From Peribolospora baueri (taxonomy: Eukaryota): 64,000 nt of DNA. The stretch lies in assembly GCA_029717555.1 (NCBI GenBank), contig JAMDHS010000020.1:1-64000 (forward strand). Reading direction: 5' to 3'. Position 1 is the stretch's first letter. Every line of letters starts with the position of its first letter. Shown here one piece after another: positions 25,470 through 39,659 of this stretch. The notes beneath the pieces are model-generated. The model was not told where the DNA came from. It ran no database searches and was given only the letters and a program-made list of their open reading frames with translations. A program made the position numbers and the translations under genes.

Positions 25470-28400
25470 CTATCGTTCGCTACTCACCACAGAGGCTTTC
25501 GGCGCAAAGCGGACCGAATGGCTTCCAGGCAAGTCTTCATAGCTTCTTCTCGCCGGCTGTTGATAGTCAGGCGCGGCTAGCCCATTCCTAGGAGAGTCCT
25601 TGGTCGAAACAGAAGTTGAAGTCACAGGCCCTGCCCCGGGGACAGGCATGCTTTGCCGACGTACAGCTCTCCGCCGCTCGCCTCCCAGAGGCGGGGACGT
25701 AGGTGTGATCTCGCCAGGAGAGGGTGGTGCGCTTCCTTTCTTCGAGCCATAGTGGACGGCCGAGCACTCATGGCAGCCACACACGGAGGAATGCGGTGGC
25801 TCGAGCCGACCAGCGTCAACCAGATGTTGGTTTAGACGGCCCGCGGGACTTCGCGGCCGAAAACGGTCTCCATCAGCAGCGCGGGACGAACTATGGCCCG
25901 GTCGCCCTGTCGCACCAAACTCTGACAAGCTGTCCAAACCCCTCGAAGTGCCATACGAGTCGTACCTTGGAGGCTGGTAGAGCGGTCTGCGGTCCCAGTC
26001 GCGGTCTTGGTCACGGAAAGCTGGCCGCTCCAGAGGCTGATCTCGATCCGAATCAAAGCGCGAAGAACGACCGTAAGCAGTATCTGAAACGTTGCGCGGC
26101 GGAGGTGGTTGATCGTAGTACTCGCGCTGCTGCGGCGAAAGGTTCCGACGTGAATAGGATCCCGGTGAAGACGAAGGGTACGAGGGCAGAGGGGCATATT
26201 GTGTAGCGAGATCCGAGACTCGTCGATTCGTGCGAGGAAGATCAGACGGAGGAAAGGCCGTCATGGTCTGCCCAAAGGACGAGCGAGAAGTCAGAGGGGC
26301 TGCATCGACAGCAGTAATACTGTAAATGAGCTCACCGCCCGTCTTTGCTCCCACTTCGCTCGCTCCTTCTCTTCCTGGTACCTTGCTCTCATCCTGGCCA
26401 CGAAGCTTCTCTCGCTCGCCGTGCTCTCCTGGCTGAGCGTCCGAGACAAATCGACCTTCTTGTTGTCGATCGCGGACGAATATGTCATTCGGCCATCCCC
26501 CTCGCGCGTCGGGCCCCGCACCAACTCGCCCTGTTCAACAGTGGCTCTCGAAGGGGTGTCAATCTCGTCGCCCGGCGTTCGGGGATCGCGTTCAGTTGTC
26601 GGGCGATGGTAATCATCCCTACCGAAGTTGGACCCACTCGCAGCAGGTGCAGGTGACTGTCCCAGAGACCGAGTTGAAGTGCTCGTCTCATGCTCAGCAA
26701 CTCGATCACGGTCAATCGAGTCGCTATCAGGTTGTTGCGAGCGACTTAGTCGCGGAGATGGGCCTTCTTGAACGGAAGACAGGCGCGACGTCGGTTCCCC
26801 TTCCTTGCTGGACAGGCTTTCCGACCAGGGGTGAATGGATTGCAAGCCGTCGCCAGTGTCATTGGTCGGACTTCTGGAAACAGAGTTGTCGGACAGCCGC
26901 ACTCCGTCGAATTGGAGAGCGGTGCCTCCGAACTGCGAACCGGCCCGCTCATGTTCCGAAAGAGTGGTCGAGTCTTCGGAAGACATACGCGAGACGCCCC
27001 CAGTTCCCAAAGGAGAAGACTTGTTGGGGAAGGCAAGGGACGAAGTGTCCGAAACCTTATTAGCTCCTTCGGGGTGGGCACCGGCTTTATCGGAGGTTGG
27101 ATTTTGTGAAAAGGGAGCAGACTGCGAGGAAAGGGCCTTCTCTTGGCCGTCTTTGGCGTCTTTCGAGTCAACCTTGTCCCTGACTGCTGCTGTGCCCGTG
27201 TCGAGCCCGTCCGACCAGACCTCCATCATTGCAGAGAGAGGCTTGGTGGCGGGATTCGCTGATGTGGGAACGCGTGAGAGCGTCTTTCCGGGGGAGGTTG
27301 AAGAGGTTAAGGGCAATCGACTGGCTTGCGGCACTGGACTTGCCATCTCCCCACGACTGTCCGACACAGAGCTGTTCCCGGTGGGCTGGCCAGTTGAACT
27401 ATGAGACGGCTTATCTCCATGTCCCACGGCGGGGGAGCCTTCCGTCCGCGAGTCTGCTCCGGAGGTGGCGTCGGGTCGTGGTTTTTCCATACCACTGGAG
27501 TCGAGCACAGGCAATGAAGAAAAGATGCTGGTTGCCAGGCCGGTTGAGCCTTGAGAAGATTGTTGGTGGGATTCAGCGGATGAAGGCGGGCGGTGATTGA
27601 CACTTTCAGACGGACCTTGTAGCTGAAAAACTCGTAGAGGTTCATCGGATGACCTTGCATTGGATTTTTCGCCGAAGTCTTCGTCTGGAAGTGGCAGAGG
27701 CTGGGAGAGCGGCATGCCCTCGGCGGCGAAATTCAGCCACTCATTGACGCTGCCTATGCTTGCCCCCGTCCGTCGGACACTTTCACAACATCGTCGCCAT
27801 TCCGAGTCCGCTAGCCGGCCTATCGTCGAAGCTAAAACGCGATTGTTGGCAGCTTGTCGAGCGCCTATTGATGTTGAATGGGAAGCTTTGGCGAGGGCAA
27901 TCTCGGAACTGACACTGGAGAGCGAGGCGACGTATCGCTGAAGAGCGTACCGAGATCGAAAAAAGTGAGGGCGCTTTCTTCGTATCGGAAGTGCACAACA
28001 GAATCAGAACTTACCTCGTGAGCCTCAAGCGCATTACGGCTCTTGGTGTTATGGTTCTTCTCGTACGCGACACCTACGGACAAGTATACGTTAGGCAACA
28101 TCTGAGCGGTGCTGATGAAAGCGAAGTATAGCATTACTAACTGGCTTTCTTGATTTTGTTGTCGAGAGCTTTGATTAAGTCCTCGTGCTGCAAAGGTGTT
28201 TATCTTCGCATCAATAACCACGTACCGAAACAAGCGCCTCGAAAAGCCTTTTGCTCACCGCTTTCTCCTCTTTGGCCACCCTTTTGAAATATTTGGTGCA
28301 GGCGTCATTCAATGTATCGTACTCCTTCTGGACTGCCTTCGAGTACTTCGTGTCGACGTCTTGGAGTGCGTCGAACAAGGCGGAGCTGGCACTGAGGACA

Positions 28401-28980
28401 TTCGCTGAAGTGAAGCGTGGACAGCCCGATCGTCAGTCACAGACCTAGACCAATTTACGCGTGCGCTGTGGGACATTATGCACTTACTAGGAACTTCCGC
28501 GATCCCCTTGGCGCCGGTGATCTCCTTGCAGCTCCTGCTGATCTTCTTCTCCAGTTTGGCGAGGCGAAGATGTAGCTCCCGATACTCATCCAAGTGTCCT
28601 AACAGGCCTTCAAGCGCTTTGAGCGACTTGTGTAGTTCTGTGCGGTCCACCATTGCAACTGGCGTCACTGAAGGCTCGCCGGCTTTCCCGTCTCCGTAGA
28701 CCTGCGTGCCCTCCAGCACCTGTTCACCAGTATACGTGGACGGTGGTTGAGCGTGAGGACTCGGAAAGTACGTGCCTGAGCGACCGGCTATGCCGTCCGA
28801 CGTGCCGCCAGGAGATGCTGGTCGAGACGATTGAGAAGGACCAGCGAAGGGGAAGGTAGACATCGGGGGCGGTGCCAGAGTACCCTGCGAGAAGGGCTGG
28901 GAGGACAGGGTAGTTGGAGGTGGAGGCGGCAAGGGATCCGACGACTGGAAGAAGCCGCCCAGTTTCTTGCGTGAGATCAT
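25470..28980 (-). CDS. Large hypothetical protein: N-terminal helical coiled-coil (possibly BAR/IMD-like) plus long Ser/Pro-rich disordered tail
   Basis: ORFs 28309-28980, 26291-27715 and 25470-26354 are joined by GT-AG introns (e.g. QRRA|TMTAFP). Amphipathic helices ELHKSLKALEGLL..LDEYREL and KEYDTLNDACTKYFKRVAKEEK; C-terminal HxxVCGCxxCS motif. The domain call is weak. Confidence 0.7.
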
Positions 28981-29472
28981 CGCAGAGTCGAGTTAAGGTG
29001 GGTTATCGAGGTAGCGCAGGAATCACTGAGCGAAGGCTCGTGCGAGCGTCACTCGTCGAGGGTCAGAGCGCTCGCTGAACGCGAGGGTATAACGAGTAGG
29101 CTGGTATAAAGGCGAGGTCACAGTGAGAACGGGATATGGGTTGCGACGACGGATGGCTTAAGGGAGAGATATGCGGCTCGCCTTGCTCGCGCAGATACAT
29201 GCGGGCGGCCACGGGCCATGGTCGGCCGCAGCCAGCGCCCCTATCGTGCTGCTGGCTCTAGATAGCACGACCGGCCGTATTTACTGCGCTGATCCTGGCC
29301 AGGTAGTAACCTCCTCTAGTTTTGAGACCATTTACGTTTATTAAAAACACGACTACTACTCGTACAGCACTCCTGGATACGGACCTCGGTCATTTGACTC
29401 GAGCGGTCCCGATCAAAATGTACAGTGGGGCCAACACCGCGGCGACGAACCTGTGTGATCAACGAGACCTAG

Positions 29473-30604
29473 CTACGCGGATGCTGGCTGCACCGACGCG
29501 ACGGAGGGAGGGGAAGTCTTCTTCTTCTTCTTTTTTCGCATAGCTGAGATAGGAAATCAATCGGGATCAGTTCAGCTGCACCGAACAATTGGAAGACTCG
29601 AAGCGTAAAGGAGAGGCGACTCCGACGAACTCACCAGAAGCCACTGCACCGCGAACGTTCTCCACAATCTCCCGGCTCTGTTCGAGATACTCGTGATCGT
29701 CGAACTTGTGCTTGCGCCTGGCAAGGGCATTACCTGAGCTGGCGCTACCGGACGCGTCGATTCCGGCTCGAGGCTTTGGAGCGATCGGCCGGTCCGCGAC
29801 CTTGCCGCCGGACGCCTGGCTGCTGCTGCCATCCTGGCCCTCCTGGTCTTCGCCTTCGCTTGGAGATCCAGACCCATCAACCTCGAGCCCATCCCCAGCA
29901 TCCTCGAGCCGGCTTGCCGCCATAACAAAATCTGTCGAGTTCTTTGGCGTCCGACCAAGCATACGCTCCAGCTTCTCGTACTTGAGCCGTTGTCGTTCTG
30001 ACATAGCCCGAACCCGGTCCGGTTCCGCCTGTAGATAAGCTGCGAGCCTGTGTAATGTGACAGATCCGAGGTGACATGGGAGAGAACCAGGGTTGAGGAA
30101 ACGTGCTGAACGAAGACACATCACCGAAAAATGTTCGAATACTCACTTCTTCGCCTCCTTAATCGTGCTCAGGCGCCTACCGTTAAGATCTCTACAAGAG
30201 TCGTTGTTCGACGCCTTCTGAGAACTCATCTTACCACCTTGAGCGCGGAGCATGCTACCAAAACCGCCCTTGCCTCCCAGCATTTGGACGCCCAACTGAA
30301 GGAAGAGCGTTTCATGGTGACCAGGCGTGAGACTGCAGATGGTCAGATGCGGATCGCCGAGAATGTTGCGCCCAGAAGGCAATGTGAGCTTGAGTGAGTT
30401 GGCGGCGGTGGCGGAGAGACGAAGTCGGGAAACGATCAACTCCAGCAGTTCCTTCGCAGTTGTGTGAGGCGGAAGGCCGGCGAAGGACAGGGTGGGGAAT
30501 GGAGCGAACGAGGAGACGATGACGTTGAAGCCAGCGACCGATGGTTGGCTCATGCGCGTACCGTCACCGAGGACAGTGGGAACCTCAACAGCAGCAAGAG
30601 ACAT
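29473..30604 (-). CDS. SDE2: SDE2 (ubiquitin-like N-terminus, GG|KGG cleavage site)
   Basis: LGGKGGFGSMLRAQGGKMSS..NNDSCRDLNGRRLSTIKEAKK; KHKFDDHEYLEQ; Lys-rich last exon, TAG at 29473-29475. Confidence 0.92.
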
Positions 30605-30718
30605 CTTTGAGAAATGGACAACGAGGAAGTGTGACAGGGATGGTGGATGGTGGACAACAAATGGACGACAAGGGAGTGGCGCGGATGGTGGTGACTGACT
30701 GGCCGGTCTAAGAACGGC

Positions 30719-30727
30719 GGTGGCGAC
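30719..30727 (+). promoter_or_regulatory. PACE/Rpn4-like element upstream of RPT2
   Basis: GGTGGCGAC about 150 nt upstream of a proteasome ATPase gene; resembles the yeast PACE GGTGGCAAA. Confidence 0.35.
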
Positions 30728-30877
30728 TTCCGTCCCGCTGCGGCACTGACGCGTCTCTTGGTGATCGGTTCTCGCACTTGCTCCGCTATCACCTACCTAC
30801 TACCGACTTCCGTCGTCTTCCTTCAAACCACTGCACAGCTCGTTCCTTTCCTCTCTTGTTCCGTTCTCTAGTAAACG

Positions 30878-32955
<2,078 letters not shown>

Positions 32956-33119
32956 TGAATGCTTAAGAGCCTGTCACGGTTCCATTCAGAATGTACATCA
33001 TAGAACCGAGAGCGGCGAAGCATTTTCGAGCGTGCGATCATCCTGTCCCGTTGTCCATGTTGAGTTCGGTACTGATCTGTACCCGTCAACAGAGTGATAC
33101 TGTGACCACAGAGAGTCGA

Positions 33120-34462
33120 TCAACCTCTCCTAAACGTCCTTCCGGTGGCCGTCTTCCGTTCCTTTTCTTGGTTCTCAGGTTTGGCGCGGTTCAAGACCTT
33201 GAGGAATTCCGACACTCGGAACCGCATGCGCGAGTGAAGGTAGGCCTTGGATGCTATAATCGGAAAGGCAAGGAAGACACAACTCAGCATCACGCGTGCT
33301 CCGAAACAGCCAGCTAAACGCTCCTGTGCTCACCTTTAATGTGATAGTGGAAATAGTCGCGGAACAGTTGAATTCGAGAAATGGTGGAGAACGCAATTTC
33401 TGGGGTGGAGAAATGGCGGGGGAAGAGTACTGCAACGGATGACAGAGTCGTGAGATTCTTGTCATGGCGAAAGCTAAGCAGCCGTGTTTCTCACCGAAAG
33501 TGACGTAGCCTACGTCCTCTCCACTCTTCAGCCCCGGGAGGTGCCTGATCTCCAGAGGAGGCTCTCGGTTGGAAAAGAGCACTTGAGGAGCATTCTGGAT
33601 AGACGGCTGACGGCGGGCGTCGACGAACTCCTGGTTAAGGTGCACGGTCGTCGCCAACGGGTTAGACAGCCTGTCTGATGACGCTGGCAATTTCTTCTCG
33701 TTGAAAAAGAAGTAAACACTGACCTGTAGAAAGACCTTTCCGTAGATGCGGTCAGTTTCCTCCTTGAAGACCGTGGAGAACACTACTGTGACCCTATCCG
33801 CTGCAGCCTGGACGTAGATAGCCTCCTCGTCGCGATAGTGGATAGCCATCAGGTCGCCGGAAGGCGGCGCAGTTGAAGAATGAGCGCCCTCTGCCTGCTT
33901 CCACGACGCCTCGAGAGACTTTTGTGTGGCGAAAGCTTGCTCGAACGGGGCGGCAAGGGCATTCCGCTTCAGGAGAGCGACAGAGTTGATCAATGCGTCT
34001 CGAGCAGCTGCCGAGGGAAAATGGCAGAAGACGAAGCAGCCCTTCAGTGAGGTCCAAAAAAACTCCACGCCCGGTAATTTCCGACCCACCTCCGGCTTCT
34101 GGAATGTTTTCAATGGGGAACTCGAGGCTGACCGAATAATCAGGCTCAGCCTCAGCCTTAACCCACTGGCCATACTCCCTCTTGATCACATCCATCGCAC
34201 CGTACTGCACAAGCTCGGCCCAGCAGCGGATTTCCATGGAAAGCGTGATAGGTCCAGACTTAGACGGCGACCAGAGGTGATAAGCCACGCCATCGAAGTC
34301 GGTAAAAGTCTGGTCGACAGAAGAAGGCCTTAAAGGTAATGAAGGCGTGAGCCGTCTGCCACGGTCGCATCGAGCTGCTGATAGGTAAACGGAAGCTCAC
34401 TTATTAAACTTTTCAGTGAGCACCTCCTTTATAATCACGTTCTGATCCTCGAGTAGAATCAT
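33120..34462 (-). CDS. ARC35: Arp2/3 complex 34-kDa subunit (ARPC2)
   Basis: [78 protein letters not shown]. Confidence 0.95.
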
Positions 34463-34698
34463 GGCTGGAGAACAGGATATCAATGGACGAACGTAGGCAG
34501 AGGTGGTGTCGGGCCAGTCTTGGTGGTGCAGTCGAGCTCCCGCCGGCGTTGGTCGGCGCGTGGGCGATCGGTCGGTTGCCGCAGCCCAACCGCGACGCTT
34601 ATAGGAAGGTCGACCTCAACAGTCATTCCTCCCGTACAGACATCAGCAACACGACGAGGTATCTGCTCAGACTCTTGCTGCAGGTACTTTCTGACACC

Positions 34699-36391
34699 AT
34701 GACATCCTCATCCAACGCCGTGTCGTTGACCCCGCAGCTGATGGTGAGATTCTGGGCACCGTCACTCGCTTTCGGCTCGTTTTTGCTCGCTCGCTGTTCA
34801 TATCCTCGTCTCGCTTTCTACCAGTCCAGTTTCCGGCCTTCGAAGGTCTTTAAAGACAAATTGGAAGCGGGAAAGTGCTTCACTTCCTTTAGCTTCGATG
34901 ACTCTGGAACAAACTGTGTCACAGCAGGCGAGGATGAAAACCTGCAGCTTTTCAGTTGTCGAACAGGACGGTGAGCTTCACCACGCAAGATTCTGGGTAA
35001 AAGAGCTCCTTTCGCTGATCCACGCACTGTATCTTTTGAAATCTAGGCACCAAAAGACTCTTGCCAGCAAGAAGTACGGAGCAGACTTGGCGCGATTTAC
35101 ACACAAAAACTCTGCGGTTATCTACGCATCTCGGAAGGCAGATGGTGCGTGAGTCTCGTCTTCGTCCGAGCCTCGGGGGCGCATTTAAGGCGCCGATCAT
35201 GGCTCGAGGATAAGCTGAACAAAGGATGGGACCGTCGTTCGCTATCGGGTCTTTTTCACGTAGATACTATCCGGTATCTCTCGACTCATGACAACCAGTA
35301 TCTCCAGTACTTCAGAGGTCACAAAAAGAAGTGAGCGTGCCTGGCTCTTTTAGTTGCCAAACTTGTTATGACCTATCTAAGGCTTTCTCGCTTTGACACC
35401 GCTCAGAGTCGTCTCTTTGGAAATGTCGCCCGTGGACGACACATTTCTATCGGCCGCCGTGGACGATACCATTCGCGTGTGGGACCTGCGGACGGACAAG
35501 TGCCAGGTGAGCCGCCGGCGTAGCCCTTGACTAAGAACGATGCCTTAGGAACCGACGAATGCGTAGACACGTTCGGGATCATCACTGAAAACCGTGATTC
35601 CTTACCAAATACGTACTTTAGGGCGCATTGAAGATAATGGGACATCCAGTTGTGGCCTACGACCAGGCGGGACTGATCTTTGCCGTTGCGATCAGCGAGC
35701 GGCCGGCTATTCTGCTCTATGACATCAAGCAGTACGAGAAGGTTAGTTGTCGGAGCGGCGGACAAATCGAAGAATGACAGACAGTTTACGGTCTATGTTC
35801 CGATATCATGCTACAGGAACCGTTTGCTACGTTTCACTTTGACGACGACGCATGGCTTTCGCAAATATCGTTCCCCCCTCGGCCGCCTATTTTCACTTCT
35901 TTATCCTTCTCCAACGATGGTGCCTTTCTCCTCGTTGGCACTGCCGGCGACGCACACTACTTGCTTGACGCCTATTCAGGTGTGATGCGGAGGCGCTTGG
36001 TGGGCCACAAGGGGCTTGGACAGTTCGACAACGTGACTGGTTCACCAGGGTTCAGTGGCCAAGAAGTGACATGGAGCCCAGATGGGAAATGGGTCCTCTC
36101 TGGTCAGATTATGGTCTTCTGTCTGTATGGAAAGTCTCACGCTGATCCTCTCCTCGGTTGGCTCGACTTGCTCCAGGTTCCGCGGACGGGAATGTCGTCG
36201 CATGGGACGTTTCCAAAGCAGGTCAGCACGCGTCAGACATTACCCTGCACCCAGCAGGGATCCTGGAGGGCCACGACGACGCCAGCAGGGTGGTAGCATT
36301 CAACCCCAAAACGGCGATGTTTGCGACAGCTGGGAAACACCTCGCTTTCTGGCTCCCAGAGCCGCCAAAACCGGACGACGAAGAAGCGTGA
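34699..36391 (+). CDS. SWD2: WD40 COMPASS/CPF subunit SWD2/WDR82
   Basis: [86 protein letters not shown]. Confidence 0.92.
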
Positions 36392-36614
36392 TCGCCGGCG
36401 CTCAAAGAACTGGTCAGACAAGGTGGTACAGCATGAAAAGATAAACGTCACTCTTCACTCTTCGAGTGTGCATTCCAAATGACGAAGTGGACTGCGCGCT
36501 AACATCTCCTATCCTTTCGAGAGCCTAAATAAAAACTAGGTCCAACGAAGATGTTCTTCTTTACGAGGAAACTGTTATCACCCGAAGCATGTATGTTAAT
36601 GCTGTATGTAGATC

Positions 36615-36745
36615 TTGGCCTTGGCCTTGGCCGCCTGGTGGGTGCCGTCGGACCTTCCGGATGAGCGAAGGATGGATGGATGGATGGAGGGCCACTCATG
36701 GCTTGGCCTTGGCCGCCGGGTAGGTGCCGTCGGACCTTCTGGACC
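36615..36745. repeat. Imperfect ~43-bp direct repeat separated by a (GGAT)n microsatellite
   Basis: CTTGGCCTTGGCCGCC(T/G)GGT(G/A)GGTGCCGTCGGACCTTC occurs twice (about 36620-36657 and 36702-36739). Confidence 0.8.
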
Positions 36746-37035
36746 TGGTTATGGGGTTTGCCGTCGGCCGTTAGGAGTGAGCGAGCATGCGCGGGCGAGC
36801 GAGCGATGTTGGATGGCCCCTGTATGGCAAGGAATGTACATACGTACGTCGTCCGTACCCAGGACGCTTGAGGACGGCCACTCATCAGTGGGATCCTGTC
36901 CCGTCCCGTCTTGTCCAGCCGGCAGGCCGGTATTACAATCAAATGCCCAGTTGGCCGATTGGTCATCTGCCCTTTTTTGTCCACCATACCGAGACCCATC
37001 AGAGGCATACGTTCGCCCAGCCGCCCCAGCGCTCC

Positions 37036-37447
37036 GGCGATGAGTGCGAGAAGCTGTTCCCTCACGCCAAGCACTATAGGACTTTGGACGAGGTGCTCGC
37101 GGATAAGGATGTTGACGTGGTCGTCATTACCAGCATGTAAGCGTTGAATGGCATCTGCCTGTGCCTTTCAGTGCTAGCAGACCTCTGACACGCTGCATCG
37201 ACACACTGGCAGCCCTGACACTCGTTTCCCCTTCGCCAAGGCGACGCTGGAAGAGGGCAAGCATGGTAAGCGAGGAGGCCTTCGTTTCTTCCTTCGCGCT
37301 GTGTTCGCGCACTGACAAGTTTTCTGCTGTCCTGCCGTGCAGTCATCGATCGTAGAGAAAGAAGCTTTTCACTGCTTGCTCGTCGGAAGCTGAGAAGCTC
37401 TGCAAGCTCGCGCAAGACAAGAATCTCGTCCTCGCCGTCTACCAGAG
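37036..37447 (+). pseudogene. Gfo/Idh/MocA-family oxidoreductase fragment (frameshifted, truncated at both ends)
   Basis: Exon pieces DECEKLFPHAKHYRTLDEVLADKDVDVVVITS, TLEEGKH|V, IVEK.., FT..SSEAEKLCKLAQDKNLVLAVYQ, with intact introns. The EKP region is broken by short duplications; no N-terminal GxGxxG and no C-terminal domain. Confidence 0.75.
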
Positions 37448-37769
37448 TGAGTCGATCCCACTTATCCAGACCGGACGCTGCGGACCCATCCGAGGCATAG
37501 GTTCGTCCAGATCCTTCTATTCCAAGAACAAAGACACTCGACTTCCGTCGAACAGTCTCTTAGGAGGAAGACGTTCCCATGATATCCTTCTTCACTGGAA
37601 ACATTCATGAATATAAAACCGCAGCATTCCATGAGCCAGCAAGCTCGACCCAAACCTTTCCAATATCCTAACCCTCAAAAAAAATTTGTCCCATGTCTGC
37701 CTACATCATAAATACGGGAAACAATGTTAAGTACGGCTCACTTTTTTTTTCGCTAATTTTCCAACCATG

Positions 37770-37960
37770 ATAGGTTTTTTCTGTTGAGGTAGGTTTTTTC
37801 TGTTAAGTATACGATTTGTCAACTGACGGGTGTCGCAACTCTCTCTATTTGTTTCGCGTCTTGTGATCGAAGGCGAAATTTGGCAGATTTAAGGCTCGTT
37901 TGGTGTTTTTCGCGTCGCGTGATCGAAGGCGAAATTCGATAGATTTACGGCTCGTTTGGC
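37770..37960. repeat. Tandem direct repeats in an AT-rich stretch (transposon-subterminal-like)
   Basis: TAGGTTTTTT(T)CTGTT twice, and a ~49-bp unit CGCGTC..GTGATCGAAGGCGAAATT..AGATTTA.GGCTCGTTTGG twice (about 37855 and 37911). Confidence 0.8.
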
Positions 37961-39273
37961 GAAGGTTTCGAAGGCTTCTCACCTAATTCACGAATTGTTC
38001 TTCGTGCTACGTTAAATTCTCTCTTGACAATGTGCCAACTTCACAGTTGAACATGTGTTCAGTGGTGTGTGTGTTCTAGAGTTTGGATTGAATTTTGAGG
38101 ATGCCGTATTCGTAGATTCTTGAGTGCGGTAGCTTTTGTATATCACACGTGTTCAGATGACCTCTTTTTGACTGAATCCGAGCGATATACCCTTGGAAAG
38201 GACTGTCAACGTAATGAGATGACGTTGTTAATGCGCTTAAAAATTTACCGTGTCTCAAGAATCCCTCAGTTTTCAAGGTTCATAGGTGGTGGGCTGATCT
38301 CTGCTCGTTCACCGGCCTGCTGGCATCAATCCGCATTCATTTGATGGTTAGGTGGTATTCCAAAGGAAGAGTCTGCTAAGTTCTTGTCTTCGGAATGTCT
38401 AGTCAAGCAGTCTATAGCTAGCTGCCTTTCTTTCCCTGGTGTCCAGCTGCGATGCAACTCACTATGGAGCTGCGGTCGCGGCGAACTCCGTTATTGAGGA
38501 AGCGAGCGACCTGCGACGGTAGTAGCACTCCTCTCTGCGCGCCGTAGTCGACTCTTCCGCACCTATTACCGCAGTTACCTGACTGCGGTAATGGAGAGGC
38601 ACGGGGCCCCTATCCTAACGGTGTGAAGTGACTCGATCACTTTGGCCACGTGGCCGACCCCGTGGGAATCGCCTGTAAGGAGTCATCTCACCCGTCGCCG
38701 GGCGCTCGTCTTGGAGGAACCACCTTTGCACACTACTTTATTCTGTTACATGGCGAACGGGCTCGTGTGGAGCAAGCAGAGAAAAGATGTTCGGAAATGG
38801 TAGCGGCACCGGCAGTGAGGTCAGACCTCCACCAGCTCACCATCCGCATCGATCATCCTGTCGTGTACCAAGCAATCATCTCTGCATCCAACCAGCACAG
38901 TCGGCTTTCATGCGAGGCCATTTACATTGTCGCTTGGCGACCATTGGTCCATCTGCGACCTTTTCTCTTTCACCTCATCTCCTCATGTCCTCATCTCCGG
39001 GCTTTCGCCCGTTTTGGCCTGCCCCTCCCCCTCCTCGTCACCCTCTCCTTCTTCGTCTTCCCTTTCCCTTCGCCTTCCACTATATCCTCCCCCAAGCAGT
39101 CATCGAGCGTGTTATTTGCGCCCTGTTCCGCCGCCACCGTTTCTTCCTTCAACGCCGCCATCTCTTCCACCTTTGTCCCACCAGCCCCGCCGCCTCCTTC
39201 CTCCGACTCTTTTCCGGCCCGTCCATATTGCGTTGCCAAGCCTTAGCAAGGCCCTTTGCATACTACCTTATTC

Positions 39274-39624
39274 TGTCACGGCAGCAAGCTTCGTCCGACG
39301 ACGACGAATCTGCGATAGATATCCACACCCTCCACCGATCACATGACCTAGCCTACATGGCCGGTCCGTTTGGCCCACTGCTTGTCGGGCCTGAGGTTCC
39401 TGATAGCCTGCTCAGCCTTGAAGCTGGTCTCTATAGGCTCAGACCGAACATGGCAATGGAGGAGCAAGATGAACTGATGCTTACGCCATTCTTTCCTTCC
39501 CTTTCCCCTCACTTTCTCCTCCCACTCGCGGTCCGCTTTGGTTGATCTCCGCGATCGCACCCCAATCAGGCCGTCCCCATGGGTTTTGAGGATCCCTTGA
39601 CTGACTGCTGACTACTGGGTTACA
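39274..39624 (+). mobile_element. Candidate LTR (~351 bp)
   Basis: Begins TGTCAC and ends GTTACA (imperfect terminal inverted repeat, TG..CA), directly upstream of Gypsy RT remnants; no TSD seen. Confidence 0.45.
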
Positions 39625-39659
39625 AGCTGTCTGGCCTTGAGTGCTGATTTGGTCCATCC

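Noticed and set aside
37668..37676. CCTAACCCT, 1.5 telomeric repeats, as a possible telomerase RNA template or interstitial telomere
   Set aside because: A single 9-mer can arise by chance (a similar one lies in YCF1 coding sequence); no array or supporting structure is visible.
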